A stretch of 58,752 bases of DNA from a virus. Position numbers and translations under genes: made by a program. Under the pieces are notes generated by a model that did not search any database, was not told the DNA's origin, and was given only the letters and a program-made list of their open reading frames with translations. Where the stretch lies: positions 1 through 58,752 of IMG/VR virus record IMGVR_UViG_3300045988_067221; one strand, 5' to 3'. Shown one piece after another: positions 9,079 to 16,833 of this stretch. How positions within the stretch are numbered: the first letter of the stretch is position 1; the number at the start of each line of letters is the position of its first letter.

Positions 9079-9501
9079 ATGGCTGAATTTACAGCTGTAG
9101 CTACTCAGGAAGTAGCTCAGAACGGAAATGTAATTTTCACAAATACAGCAGTTCGGGGAACAAACTGCATCAAACACCGGGAAGGTTCCGGAATCATCAC
9201 TTTAAGAGGACTTACTAACCAGTGTCGTGCAAGATATTTTGTGGAGTTTTCCGCAAATATCGCAGTACCGGCAGGTGGAACAGCAGGTGAAATTTCTCTG
9301 GCAATCGCTATCAGTGGGGAACCGGTCCTTTCCTCACAGATGAGAAGTACACCGGCAGCAGTATCGCAGTATAACAACGTGTCCGCTGGAATCTATGTAG
9401 ATGTACCGGCAGGATGTTGCGTGAACATTGCGGTTGAAAATACCAGTACGCAAGCTATTGAAGTAGCAAATGCCAATATCGTTGTAACGAGGGAGGCGTA
9501 A
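9079..9501 (+). CDS. Beta-sandwich protein, possibly C1q/TNF-like (BclA C-terminal-domain-like)
   Basis: 140 aa with an alternating beta pattern (..RYFVEFSANIAVPAGGTAGEISLAIAISGEPV..GCCVNIAVENTSTQAIEVANANIVVTR). The fold assignment is a guess. Confidence 0.55.
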   Translation: MAEFTAVATQEVAQNGNVIFTNTAVRGTNCIKHREGSGIITLRGLTNQCRARYFVEFSANIAVPAGGTAGEISLAIAISGEPVLSSQMRSTPAAVSQYNNVSAGIYVDVPAGCCVNIAVENTSTQAIEVANANIVVTREA

Positions 9502-9506
9502 AAGCT

Positions 9507-10154
9507 ATGGATGTTAAGAGAATGTATTGCATGATTGAAAAGCTGGCTGAATGTGCCGAAAAGCAGTTTGATGCTGGAATTGAAAATATTGATACTGCAG
9601 AGATGGGACAGGTCGTAGACATGATGAAAGATCTGTCGGAAGCAATGTACTATCGGGAACTGACAAAAGCCATGCAGGAATTTGATGCAGAAGATGTAAT
9701 GGAAATGATTGATCGGTATGGAGATGGACGGAAGTTTTACGATCATTACCGGTATGCAGATGGAAGATTTGCACCGAAAGGTCGCGGGACATACCGCCGT
9801 GGCTATGAGGAGCCGCCTTACTACCACATGACACCGGAAATGTACCGGAACATGGAGCAGTACCGGGATATGGACAGAGGTTCTGGAAGAATGTATTATA
9901 CAGAGCCGTCGATGAGTTCTGACTCTGGTAGTCACATGGAAAGCCGGTATGATATGGCTAAACGCAATTATACCGAGAGTAAAGAACTTCACCGTGGAAA
10001 TACGGTAGAAGACAAGGAACACAAAATGAAAGAGTTGGAAAAGTACATGCGTGAGATCGGTTCTGACATTGCGGAAGTGATTTCTGATGCATCCTCAGAG
10101 GAAAAAGCTCTTCTTAAGCAAAAACTGCAAGTTATCATGCAGAAAATCCAGTAA
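9507..10154 (+). CDS. Acidic/Tyr/Arg-rich cargo protein, unknown function
   Basis: ORF track; RBS gggagg. Confidence 0.55.
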   Translation: MDVKRMYCMIEKLAECAEKQFDAGIENIDTAEMGQVVDMMKDLSEAMYYRELTKAMQEFDAEDVMEMIDRYGDGRKFYDHYRYADGRFAPKGRGTYRRGYEEPPYYHMTPEMYRNMEQYRDMDRGSGRMYYTEPSMSSDSGSHMESRYDMAKRNYTESKELHRGNTVEDKEHKMKELEKYMREIGSDIAEVISDASSEEKALLKQKLQVIMQKIQ

Positions 10155-10201
10155 AAGTGCAGGGTGGTGCGGTTTTGCATCACCCTTTTTGAGGTGCAAT
10201 T

Positions 10202-10522
10202 ATGTTTGAAATCAATGGTCATAGTTGGAATATAGAATTTGTCCCAGTTACAAGTCCATTCCTGACGCGCTCTGACGGCTCACAAAGCGTTGGTGTGACA
10301 GATGCCAACACTTCTACGGTTTACCTATCAAACAGGCTTAAAGGGGCATTTCTGCGCCGTGTGACGGCACACGAACTCTGCCATTGTTTCTGCTTTTCTT
10401 TCAACATACATATGCCAATGGAACAGGAAGAATATCTGGCAGACTGGGTGAGCCTTTACGGAACAGATTTGATCTATTTACTGGATGATTTGATGGGAAG
10501 TCTGAACAGAAAATTTGCATAA
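10202..10522 (+). CDS. Small HExxH zinc-metallopeptidase-like protein
   Basis: ..RRVTAHELCHCF.. motif; RBS gaggtg. Confidence 0.55.
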   Translation: MFEINGHSWNIEFVPVTSPFLTRSDGSQSVGVTDANTSTVYLSNRLKGAFLRRVTAHELCHCFCFSFNIHMPMEQEEYLADWVSLYGTDLIYLLDDLMGSLNRKFA

Positions 10523-11121
10523 AAATACAAAAAATTTCTTGCTTTTCCAAAAATTTTCCGGGAGATTTTAATACCCCCCTACCCTCCGAATTTTCATTCA
10601 AAAATCGGTTACAGGGTCGGTGAAAAAGTGGCGAAATTTTGCAAAAATTTTTTTGAAATTTCCTTGTCACGGAAGGTGAGAAGGTCGAGCTGAACAGTAC
10701 GCCGGCTTTCCCCCGGTGCAATGCGGCAACATTAACACCGGAACCGGGGTGAAAGAATGCTATGAATATTTTTAATATACCACTACCGGCGCGCACCGTC
10801 AACCAGCACACGCCCGGCGGGCTTCTGTTTCTGACCATTTTCCAGATCCTCCAAATTTTACATAGCACGACCCGCCACCCGTCCGCGTCCCGTCCCACGG
10901 CTCATAGGGTGTTAGATCTGCGCTTTGCTGGACGATATCGCCGCCCGTTTGCGCTGCCTGACTCCGGCAGAGGGTGAAAGGTTTGACAGGTTCCCGGCTT
11001 GCTCCAGATCTGCGGACGGGCGCAGGGATCCGGGCAAGTGCTTTTTGTTTGGCTGCCAGTAATGCGCAGCTATGCCGCTATTAGATCGTGAGTCTATCGC
11101 CGGACATTATCCGGGTAGCGG

Positions 11122-11145
11122 AAAAAGGGCGGACAGGATCCACCC
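11122..11145 (-). terminator. Intrinsic terminator of the minus-strand small-gene cluster
   Basis: Minus strand: gggtgg-atcctgt-ccgccc followed by ttttt. Confidence 0.55.
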
Positions 11146-11411
11146 TAAACAACTACAAAATCACCAGGGAAACCGGTTGTAACTATCATTTTGCCATCTG
11201 GGCGACGGTAAACAACCCCGCACCCGTCCGCATAGGTTGACCATACAAGCCAACCGGGCGGCGTGAGGTTTTCGCCTGTTTTACAGTCCCGGAACGCATA
11301 ACGCGGAGAAATCCCGCTTTTTTCTTGCTCCAGCGCGTTGTTGATCGCCTGCGATTCTGTCACAAGCTCAACGCCGTTTTTCATGTGTAAGACATAGTTA
11401 TTTTCTTTCAT
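11145..11411 (-). CDS. Hypothetical protein
   Basis: ORF track; 88 aa; GC-richer. Confidence 0.5.
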   Translation of the reverse strand: MKENNYVLHMKNGVELVTESQAINNALEQEKSGISPRYAFRDCKTGENLTPPGWLVWSTYADGCGVVYRRPDGKMIVTTGFPGDFVVV

Positions 11412-11437
11412 GTTTTATTTCTCCTTTTCAATTTCAT

Positions 11438-11482
11438 AAAACCGCCGCCGGTAGTGATCCGGCGGGCATCCTCTGCGGCGGC
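11438..11482 (-). terminator. GC-rich hairpin / probable terminator
   Basis: Minus strand: gccgccgc ... gcggcggt followed by tttta. Confidence 0.45.
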
Positions 11483-11691
11483 TAATTCAAACAGTTTTCA
11501 ATATTTTTTGCAAGGTGCGGAAATGCTTTTTCTATGTCTTGCACGCTGTCGGCGTAATAATCGCCAACAATTTTCCCAAAAATGCGAAGATTGCCGGAAT
11601 AAAACCCGCCTAAATCATTAAAATATATGTCTAATCCTGTCACCTGTTCTGGCTTGTCTCCATACCACATATCAATATTTGTTTTTCCCAT
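11482..11691 (-). CDS. Hypothetical protein
   Basis: ORF 11482-11706; the third ATG (11691) has the best-spaced ggagga RBS. Confidence 0.5.
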   Translation of the reverse strand: MGKTNIDMWYGDKPEQVTGLDIYFNDLGGFYSGNLRIFGKIVGDYYADSVQDIEKAFPHLAKNIENCLN

Positions 11692-11787
11692 TTTCATTTC
11701 CTCCATATTTTCAAATTTTCCCGTTTCCGGGTAAAAGCAAGCCGGGCGGCTGTCCCACGGCTGACGCTCCAGATCGGAGCGTTTCGG

Positions 11788-11970
11788 CTAATTCTTTGCT
11801 ATGATTTTCCCGTATCCAAGAATTTTCTCGGTTGATGGGATAGCGAAAAACATTGCCCTATATTCCGCAACGAATTTACATTCGTAGTGATTTCCACTTT
11901 CGCAGATGGCGAGAAAATCGCCGTCCTTGTTCTCTTTTATGATGTCCTTGATCTGATATAGATTTGCCAT
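11788..11970 (-). CDS. Hypothetical protein
   Basis: ORF track; 60 aa. Confidence 0.45.
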   Translation of the reverse strand: MANLYQIKDIIKENKDGDFLAICESGNHYECKFVAEYRAMFFAIPSTEKILGYGKIIAKN

Positions 11971-11973
11971 TTT

Positions 11974-12120
11974 TTAGACCTCCTCACTATATGCTAGAAA
12001 TAATTTTTCGTACTCTTCGCACTCTTTTCTGTACGGGCAAGTAGTACAATCGTTTTCATATTTCTTGCATTCCCTTGTCAGCAGTTCTTCTAATTCTTTG
12101 AATCTTTCAAGTTCTTTCAT
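11974..12120 (-). CDS. Small coiled/Cys protein (MKELERFKELEELL..)
   Basis: Internal ATG at 12120 with RBS ggagg. The upstream part of ORF 11974-12270 is translated iteron DNA. Confidence 0.5.
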   Translation of the reverse strand: MKELERFKELEELLTRECKKYENDCTTCPYRKECEEYEKLFLAYSEEV

Positions 12121-12167
12121 TTTATGTTCCTCCGGTTCTTTATTTGATGGTTTTATTATACTGAATA

Positions 12168-12274
12168 TAAGGCACAAAAACAATAGTAATAATAAATAAA
12201 AATAAGGCACAAAATATGTTAAAATTATATAAGGCACAAAAAAATAGTTGATAATTGACAAATAAGGCACAAAA
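12168..12274 (+). repeat. Four direct TAAGGCACAAAA boxes (12168, 12203, 12230, 12263)
   Basis: Exact 12-mers, all in the same orientation; the last one sits in the spacer of the promoter at 12255-12283. Confidence 0.85.
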
Positions 12275-12283
12275 AAGTATAAT
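12255..12283 (+). promoter_or_regulatory. Sigma-70-type promoter (TTGACA-17-TATAAT) with an operator box in the spacer
   Basis: ttgaca 12255-12260, tataat 12278-12283. Confidence 0.65.
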
Positions 12284-12309
12284 ACATATATAGGAAAGGA
12301 GGCAGAACA

Positions 12310-12504
12310 ATGCCGGAAACATTAAAGACAACAGAAGCACAGCGCAAGGCGGTATATAATTATGATGATAAATTTGAGCGCGTAAATTGTAGACTGGCTA
12401 AGGGGACAAAAGACAGAATCAAAGCACTGAAATACAGCGCAAACGATTTTATAAAATTAGCAGTTGCGGAAAAATTAGACAGGGAAGAAAAAATTTTGAA
12501 ATAA
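12310..12504 (+). CDS. Ribbon-helix-helix (Arc/CopG-like) regulator, paralog 1
   Basis: ..NYDDKFERVNCRLAKGTKDRIKAL.. has a beta-strand plus helix pattern; flanked by its own iterated boxes. Confidence 0.55.
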   Translation: MPETLKTTEAQRKAVYNYDDKFERVNCRLAKGTKDRIKALKYSANDFIKLAVAEKLDREEKILK

Positions 12505-12538
12505 GGCACAAAAAAGTATTGACATATAAGGCACAAAA
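12502..12538 (+). repeat. Two more TAAGGCACAAAA boxes (12502, 12527)
   Basis: AAATAAGGCACAAAAAAGTAT at 12500 repeats the 21-mer at 12261; the second box lies in the spacer of the promoter at 12519-12547. Confidence 0.85.
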
Positions 12539-12547
12539 TAATATTAT
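12519..12547 (+). promoter_or_regulatory. Promoter (TTGACA-17-TATTAT) with an operator box in the spacer
   Basis: ttgaca 12519-12524, tattat 12542-12547. Confidence 0.6.
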
Positions 12548-12588
12548 AATATTGTCGAAAGGCAATAGAAAAAAGGAGGAACGAAAAC

Positions 12589-12840
12589 ATGACAGAAGAA
12601 ACAAAGATGATTCTTGAGGAGCTTAAAAAGCTGAATGATAAAGTTACTGACATTCAGCTAACGTTGGAGAACGAGACGAACAAGAATATCAAAATAATCG
12701 CCGAGGGTCATTTAGACTTGAGCCGCAAACTTGATGAAGCGTTAAAGGTTGACAGCGAGAAAGAAATGCTCATGATCCGGGTTAATCGTTTAGAGAATGA
12801 GCTGAGACGATTAAAAGCAAGAGTTGAGGAAATCGCATAG
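12589..12840 (+). CDS. Coiled-coil small protein
   Basis: ORF track; RBS aaggagg. Confidence 0.55.
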   Translation: MTEETKMILEELKKLNDKVTDIQLTLENETNKNIKIIAEGHLDLSRKLDEALKVDSEKEMLMIRVNRLENELRRLKARVEEIA

Positions 12841-12917
12841 TTGAGAAGGAAAGCCGCTCAGAAATGGGCGGTTTTCCTATGCCCGGATGATAGAATTCTG
12901 CATCATAATTTTATGCT

Positions 12918-13008
12918 AAAATTCTATATTATAATTATCATACATAATTCTATATCATATTGCGTATATAATAATTCTATGTTATAATTCTTATATAATA
13001 ATTCTTAC
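12918..13008 (+). repeat. Five direct A(T/A)AATTCT(A/T) boxes upstream of the second RHH-like gene
   Basis: aaaattctat 12918, ataattctat 12944 and 12972, ataattctta 12984 and 12999. Confidence 0.65.
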
Positions 13009-13025
13009 ACGGAGGGAATAACGCA

Positions 13026-13547
13026 ATGAGCACACCGGATTATATTAGACGGTCGCAGAATAACTACAACGCAAAATTCGACATTATCCAGATCAAGGCA
13101 CCGAAGGGAACAAAGGAACGTATAACAACGCTGAGCGGTCAGAGCATGGCGGCTTTCTGTTTGCAATGCGTTCTTGATCGTCTGGACGAGCTGGAAAGAT
13201 CAGAAACGGCACCGGAATATAAGCAGACAGCAAATACATCAACGGACAGCGAAAACGCAAATACAACCGCTACAGAAGCACAGACGCAAAAGAAACCGTT
13301 GACAGATGATGACGTTATGGAGATATGGCGGAAACGTGTAGCGGAAAACGAAGCCAAGAAGAAAGCAGCAGCTAACGAGATGCCACCAGAACCGGAACCG
13401 GCACAGGAAGAAGAACCGGAAGACGCGAAAGCTGTTTTCTTGCGAGAGTTAGAGCGCATAAGAGCCGGGCAGATGCCGGAGGAAAACCCAGAAAAAGAAG
13501 CGGCTAGAACTGCCAGCAAAAAGCAAGAAGAAAGCGAGGAAAAATAA
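13026..13547 (+). CDS. RHH-like regulator paralog 2 with long acidic/Pro-rich tail
   Basis: ..NYNAKFDIIQIKAPKGTKERITTL.. aligns with 12310-12504 (NYDDKFERVNCRLAKGTKDRIKAL). Confidence 0.55.
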   Translation: MSTPDYIRRSQNNYNAKFDIIQIKAPKGTKERITTLSGQSMAAFCLQCVLDRLDELERSETAPEYKQTANTSTDSENANTTATEAQTQKKPLTDDDVMEIWRKRVAENEAKKKAAANEMPPEPEPAQEEEPEDAKAVFLRELERIRAGQMPEENPEKEAARTASKKQEESEEK

Positions 13548-13736
13548 ATGGAACGCTTAAAGAATGTATATTTAGTAACTGCAAAAACTTCTGAATCTTG
13601 GGAAAAGAAGAAATATATATTTTCTCACAGCCCAGAAAATGCAGCTAAGAAAATGCGTGTATATGTCGAGAGATCCGGACATAAGTTTATGGATTTATTA
13701 AATGTCCAGCTTGTAATAAAAGATGTGATATATTGA
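13548..13736 (+). CDS. Hypothetical small protein
   Basis: ORF track; TAAATG junction with the upstream gene. Confidence 0.5.
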   Translation: MERLKNVYLVTAKTSESWEKKKYIFSHSPENAAKKMRVYVERSGHKFMDLLNVQLVIKDVIY

Positions 13737-13883
13737 TATATTATGCATAAAATATGAATAACTATTCATATTTACTTTTTCGCCTGGTAGTGATATTCTG
13801 AAATCACCGAAGAAGCCACCCCAATAGACTCATAGGCGTATTATATGAGCTGTACATTGATAACTAAATAGATCAACAACTAG

Positions 13884-13924
13884 AGCAGGCCAGCGGATCA
13901 AAATCCGGTTTAGGTCTGCTTTTT
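13884..13924 (+). terminator. Terminator-like hairpin
   Basis: agcaggcc...ggtctgct (one G-U pair) followed by tttt. Confidence 0.45.
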
Positions 13925-14092
13925 GTGTGTAAAAACCGGCAGTTCTCGCGCGAATAATATAAACTTTTATACAGTCTATAAGTATATATAATATATAATA
14001 CGTTTATAGATCTATGGGTCTTCTGAGGTAAGAGTAGTATATATAAATATATATAGGGCAGTATATAAGCCCGGTAGATAAATAAAACAGTA

Positions 14093-14121
14093 TTGACAAA
14101 TTGAGAGATTATGGATATTAT
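14093..14121 (+). promoter_or_regulatory. Promoter of the plus-strand late operon (TTGACA-17-TATTAT)
   Basis: ttgaca 14093-14098, tattat 14116-14121. Confidence 0.6.
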
Positions 14122-14127
14122 TATAAA

Positions 14128-14236
14128 TAACTTAAGCCGAGGCGCGCAGGTTCTCCCAGAGTCCGTAGAGGGATACAAGAGCCGATCAACGCGAGAGGAT
14201 GGACAGAGTAAGGACGGACGCAGTCAAAGAGATACA
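14128..14236 (+). promoter_or_regulatory. Leader element A (homologous to leader B at 41521-41625, minus strand)
   Basis: Shared blocks with B: ttaa.ccga, ccgt.gaggg, a.aggat.ggac, gag.aaggacgg, gaga.t.cacgctc. Confidence 0.6.
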
Positions 14237-14282
14237 CGCTCGTAGATTAGACTTTAACAGGTCTTTTCTACGGGCGTTTTTT
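14237..14282 (+). terminator. Strong intrinsic terminator closing leader A, 35 nt before terS
   Basis: cgctcgtaga (14237-14246) pairs with tctacgggcg (14267-14276), followed by tttttt. Confidence 0.8.
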
Positions 14283-14317
14283 ATTTCCCCAAAATCGCAG
14301 GATAGGAGGTACAGAGC

Positions 14318-14980
14318 ATGGAAAAAGTAAAGGATTACAAAGCGGATCCGGAAGTATTTGAAAATGACATAGACATGTATTTGCAAATCTTTTGTGAGAA
14401 TCAGAAACCGCCTATCGAGGATTTGACAAAAGCAAGCCAAAGTGTTTGGAATGCTGCACTAATGTATGTGCATAGGCATGTATTTAAAAATCGGGAATAT
14501 TTTAGAAGCACTGAAAATATACAGGCTAATAATAAAGCCCCTATCAGTAATTATTATATATATAACTATAATCTGGTAAATGATGTATGTGATTATTATA
14601 TATATTTATGCATGAAATATGAAAAAGAAATAAGTATATTAGGTTTTAGTAATTTGACAGGTATTCCAGATAGCACGTTATATGATTGGGGATACAATCC
14701 ACAGAGACAACTAAGCCGCGTTGGGTCGGAGATTTGCAAAAAGTTGCAAAAATACAACGAGGAAAGCTTGGAAAATAAACTTGCATCGGGCAAGGCTAAC
14801 CCAGTTGGAGTGATTGCAATACTTAACAGGCGGCATGGCTGGGCAAGTCCATACACAGCAGATAGCAACCGCCAGAGGTCGCAGGCATTAACGGCGGATC
14901 AGCTACCACAACTGGGACAGAAAGATCCTGTTTGTCTGCCTGAGATGGACAAAAACGACAATAGCACAGAGATAAACTAG
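14318..14980 (+). CDS. terS: Terminase small subunit candidate
   Basis: HTH-like ..ILGFSNLTGIPDSTLYDWGYNP.. and ..KANPVGVIAILNRRHGW.. are typical of TerS; first gene after the late promoter and leader. Confidence 0.6.
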   Translation: MEKVKDYKADPEVFENDIDMYLQIFCENQKPPIEDLTKASQSVWNAALMYVHRHVFKNREYFRSTENIQANNKAPISNYYIYNYNLVNDVCDYYIYLCMKYEKEISILGFSNLTGIPDSTLYDWGYNPQRQLSRVGSEICKKLQKYNEESLENKLASGKANPVGVIAILNRRHGWASPYTADSNRQRSQALTADQLPQLGQKDPVCLPEMDKNDNSTEIN

Positions 14981-15170
14981 ATATAGTATAGCAAAAGCCA
15001 TAGACACACAATATCTAGTATATTTTTACAACATGTCGTCAAATGATTCTTTTGCGACATGTTGAAAGACCAGAAAAGCACGGGGGAGGGGGTCTGGCAG
15101 GACTTGAAAAACTGCCCTACTAAGTCCCCCAAATTTCCGAAAAAACAAAAAGACCTTAAGGAGGATAGCT

Positions 15171-15314
15171 ATGTTACAGTTGCCAATCATGTTTTGGATT
15201 TTGTGGAAACTCAATGCACCTATGTGGTGTTATGTAGTTTGGACAATATGGCTAATTCTTTTAGTCATTGATTTTTGTTCAAGAATTTATGAAATGGGGA
15301 AAGAGGCACAATAA
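15171..15314 (+). CDS. 47-aa hydrophobic membrane peptide
   Basis: ATG at 15171 follows a strong RBS (taaggagg); the stop abuts the next ATG. Not in the ORF track (<60 aa). Preferred over overlapping ORF 15059-15271. Confidence 0.55.
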   Translation: MLQLPIMFWILWKLNAPMWCYVVWTIWLILLVIDFCSRIYEMGKEAQ

Positions 15315-15650
15315 ATGACCGGAAGTGAATATCAGAGATTAGCAATGCGGACGTGTAATATACCGCCGGAGAATAAATCAGACAGATTTTATCATGCAGT
15401 ATTTGGCTTGAACAGTGAAGCTGGCGAAGTAGCAGGAATCCTGCAAAAGAAATACCAGGGACATAAAGCAGATACGCAGCACATGATGAAAGAGCTTGGT
15501 GACTGTCTGTGGATGATTGCAGAAGCTTGTGAAGCTATTGGAACCAGCATGGATGCGGTAATGGAAATGAACATTGAGAAATTGAAAGCACGGTATCCGG
15601 ATGGATTTGAGGTGGAAAGATCACTTCACCGGGAAGAGGGGGACGTATAA
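15315..15650 (+). CDS. MazG-like nucleoside triphosphate pyrophosphohydrolase
   Basis: ..YQRLAMRT.....GLNSEAGEVAGILQK......MMKELGDCLWMIAEACEAIGTSMDAVMEMNIEKLKARYP. Confidence 0.8.
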   Translation: MTGSEYQRLAMRTCNIPPENKSDRFYHAVFGLNSEAGEVAGILQKKYQGHKADTQHMMKELGDCLWMIAEACEAIGTSMDAVMEMNIEKLKARYPDGFEVERSLHREEGDV

Positions 15651-15901
15651 TGGCAGACAATGTAAATCACCCAACGCATTATGAAACAGGAAAATTCGAG
15701 TGCATAGAAGTCATGTTGGAAACACAGGGAATTGAAGCAGTTAAAAATTTCTGTATCTGCAATGCATTTAAGTATCTTTACCGGCACTGCGGGAAGAACG
15801 GACTGGAAGACGTGAAAAAGGCAGGATGGTATATCCGAAAATACATTGAGCTGGAAGAGGGTAATGTGAATGAAGATCGGGAGCAAGGAAATCAACGATG
15901 A
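15650..15901 (+). CDS. DUF3310-like phage protein
   Basis: ..VNHPTHYETGKFECIEVM......FCICNAFKYLYR...KNG.EDVKKAGWYI. Confidence 0.7.
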   Translation: MADNVNHPTHYETGKFECIEVMLETQGIEAVKNFCICNAFKYLYRHCGKNGLEDVKKAGWYIRKYIELEEGNVNEDREQGNQR

Positions 15902-16031
15902 ATGCCAGAACTGCTCAGAAGTCCTGCAATGTGAATTGTTTCGTCAGGGGCATGGAATTGGACAGCAACGAGAAAATGTAGCTGCTATGATCGTTTGCCA
16001 ATTGGAACACCAGGGTAAGCGAAAGAAATAA

Positions 16032-16104
16032 TGGGGTATCGCCAAGCGGCTAAGGCACAGGATTTTGACTCCTGCATTCGCCGGTTCAAATCCGGCTATC
16101 TCAG
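16032..16104 (+). tRNA. tRNA-Gln (anticodon UUG)
   Basis: Hand-folded cloverleaf. Acceptor tggggta/tatctca (U1-A72 as in Firmicutes tRNA-Gln). Anticodon arm cagga-ttTTGac-tcctg. T arm gccgg-ttcaaat-ccggc. Confidence 0.85.
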
Positions 16105-16471
16105 CTAAGCGTTGATGTTGTCCTACGCTATACAAAGACAAGGTTTCAACTGGTTATGGAAGGCAAAACCATTCAAGATTCGTACCAAAAGCTAAAGCGG
16201 ATCACGATGTCATTGGTTTTCATGTGACTTCTCCTTTAAGACCCACTAGCGGAAAGCTGATTAAAGAGCCATCGCACGGCTCGGTGGGTTTTGGGTTTCG
16301 CTGCGGTAGTTACCCGTGGATTTCATCATTCCCTGTACAAAAGAATCGCAGCAGGCGGTTGTATCAAAAGTGTGGTGCCTTGGCGCAATCGTCTCAGTTC
16401 GCCGTCAACGTAAAGGCTGGCAGGTGCTTGCATATCACCTAAAATGTCATGGAGCTGACATATGCAATTCT

Positions 16472-16561
16472 GGGGAAGCGGCAACGATTGGCGGTGTTGC
16501 GGCTGACTGTAAATCAGTTCCCATGTGGTAAACAATGGAGGTTCAATTCCTCTCTTCCCCA
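16472..16561 (+). tRNA. tRNA-Tyr (anticodon GUA), class II with long variable arm
   Basis: Acceptor ggggaag/cttcccc. Anticodon arm gctga-ctGTAaa-tcagt. T arm ggagg-ttcaatt-cctct. Confidence 0.75.
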
Positions 16562-16651
16562 TTTCACTCAACTCCCTAAAAACACTGTTTGGCAGGTGCG
16601 TGGTAGACAGTCGTAATGGATGGGTTGTTTAAGAAATTGCACCATCAAGAT

Positions 16652-16737
16652 GCAGTGTTCCCATAATGGTATTGGAGCCGGTTGCTATCCGGTCGGGCGG
16701 AATATCCGCTTTGCAGGTTCAAGTCCTGCACACTGCG
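16652..16737 (+). tRNA. tRNA-Ser (anticodon GCU), class II
   Basis: Acceptor gcagtgt/acactgc. Anticodon arm gccgg-ttGCTat-ccggt. Long variable arm. T arm gcagg-ttcaagt-cctgc. Confidence 0.8.
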
Positions 16738-16741
16738 TTTT

Positions 16742-16833
16742 GCCAACGTACCGAAATGGTTATAACGGCGCTGTCTTGAAAACAGATGTGCTATGGAGAA
16801 CATGGCTTGTGGGTTCAAATCCTACCGTTGGCG
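16742..16833 (+). tRNA. tRNA-Ser (anticodon UGA), class II
   Basis: Acceptor gccaacg/cgttggc. Anticodon loop ctTGAaa. Long variable arm. T arm gtggg-ttcaaat-cctac. Confidence 0.75.

Noticed and set aside
10401-10977. ORFs 10401-10898 (-) and 10762-10977 (+) in the GC-rich segment
   Set aside because: The first overlaps the HExxH gene in antisense. Both give Arg/Pro/Ser-rich nonsense-like proteins without RBS. The region is treated as non-coding.
11737-11750. Shared 11-13-mers between GC-rich spots (gcaagccgggcgg at 11738 and 41589; cacccgtccgc at 10881 and 11221; gttgatgttgt at 16113 and 16860)
   Set aside because: Matches of this length are expected many times by chance in about 59 kb on two strands. 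Only the longer multi-block leader A/B similarity was kept.
13981-14067. Three AGTATATA boxes (13981, 14036, 14060) upstream of the late promoter as activator sites
   Set aside because: They are 8-mers in a TA-repeat-rich low-complexity stretch. They cannot be distinguished from compositional noise without comparative data.
14128-14236. Assignment of leaders A and B to a known riboswitch class (ykkC/guanidine, ydaO/c-di-AMP, GEMM, ZTP, yybP, glycine)
   Set aside because: Only short chance-like resemblances were found (for example ccgaatccg.cagct of leader B versus the ydaO 3' strand). The rest of each consensus is missing. The elements are left unclassified.
15059-15271. ORF 15059-15271 (70 aa)
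   Set aside because: It has no RBS and odd composition. The overlapping 47-codon frame at 15171-15314 has a strong RBS and abuts the next gene, so that frame was preferred.
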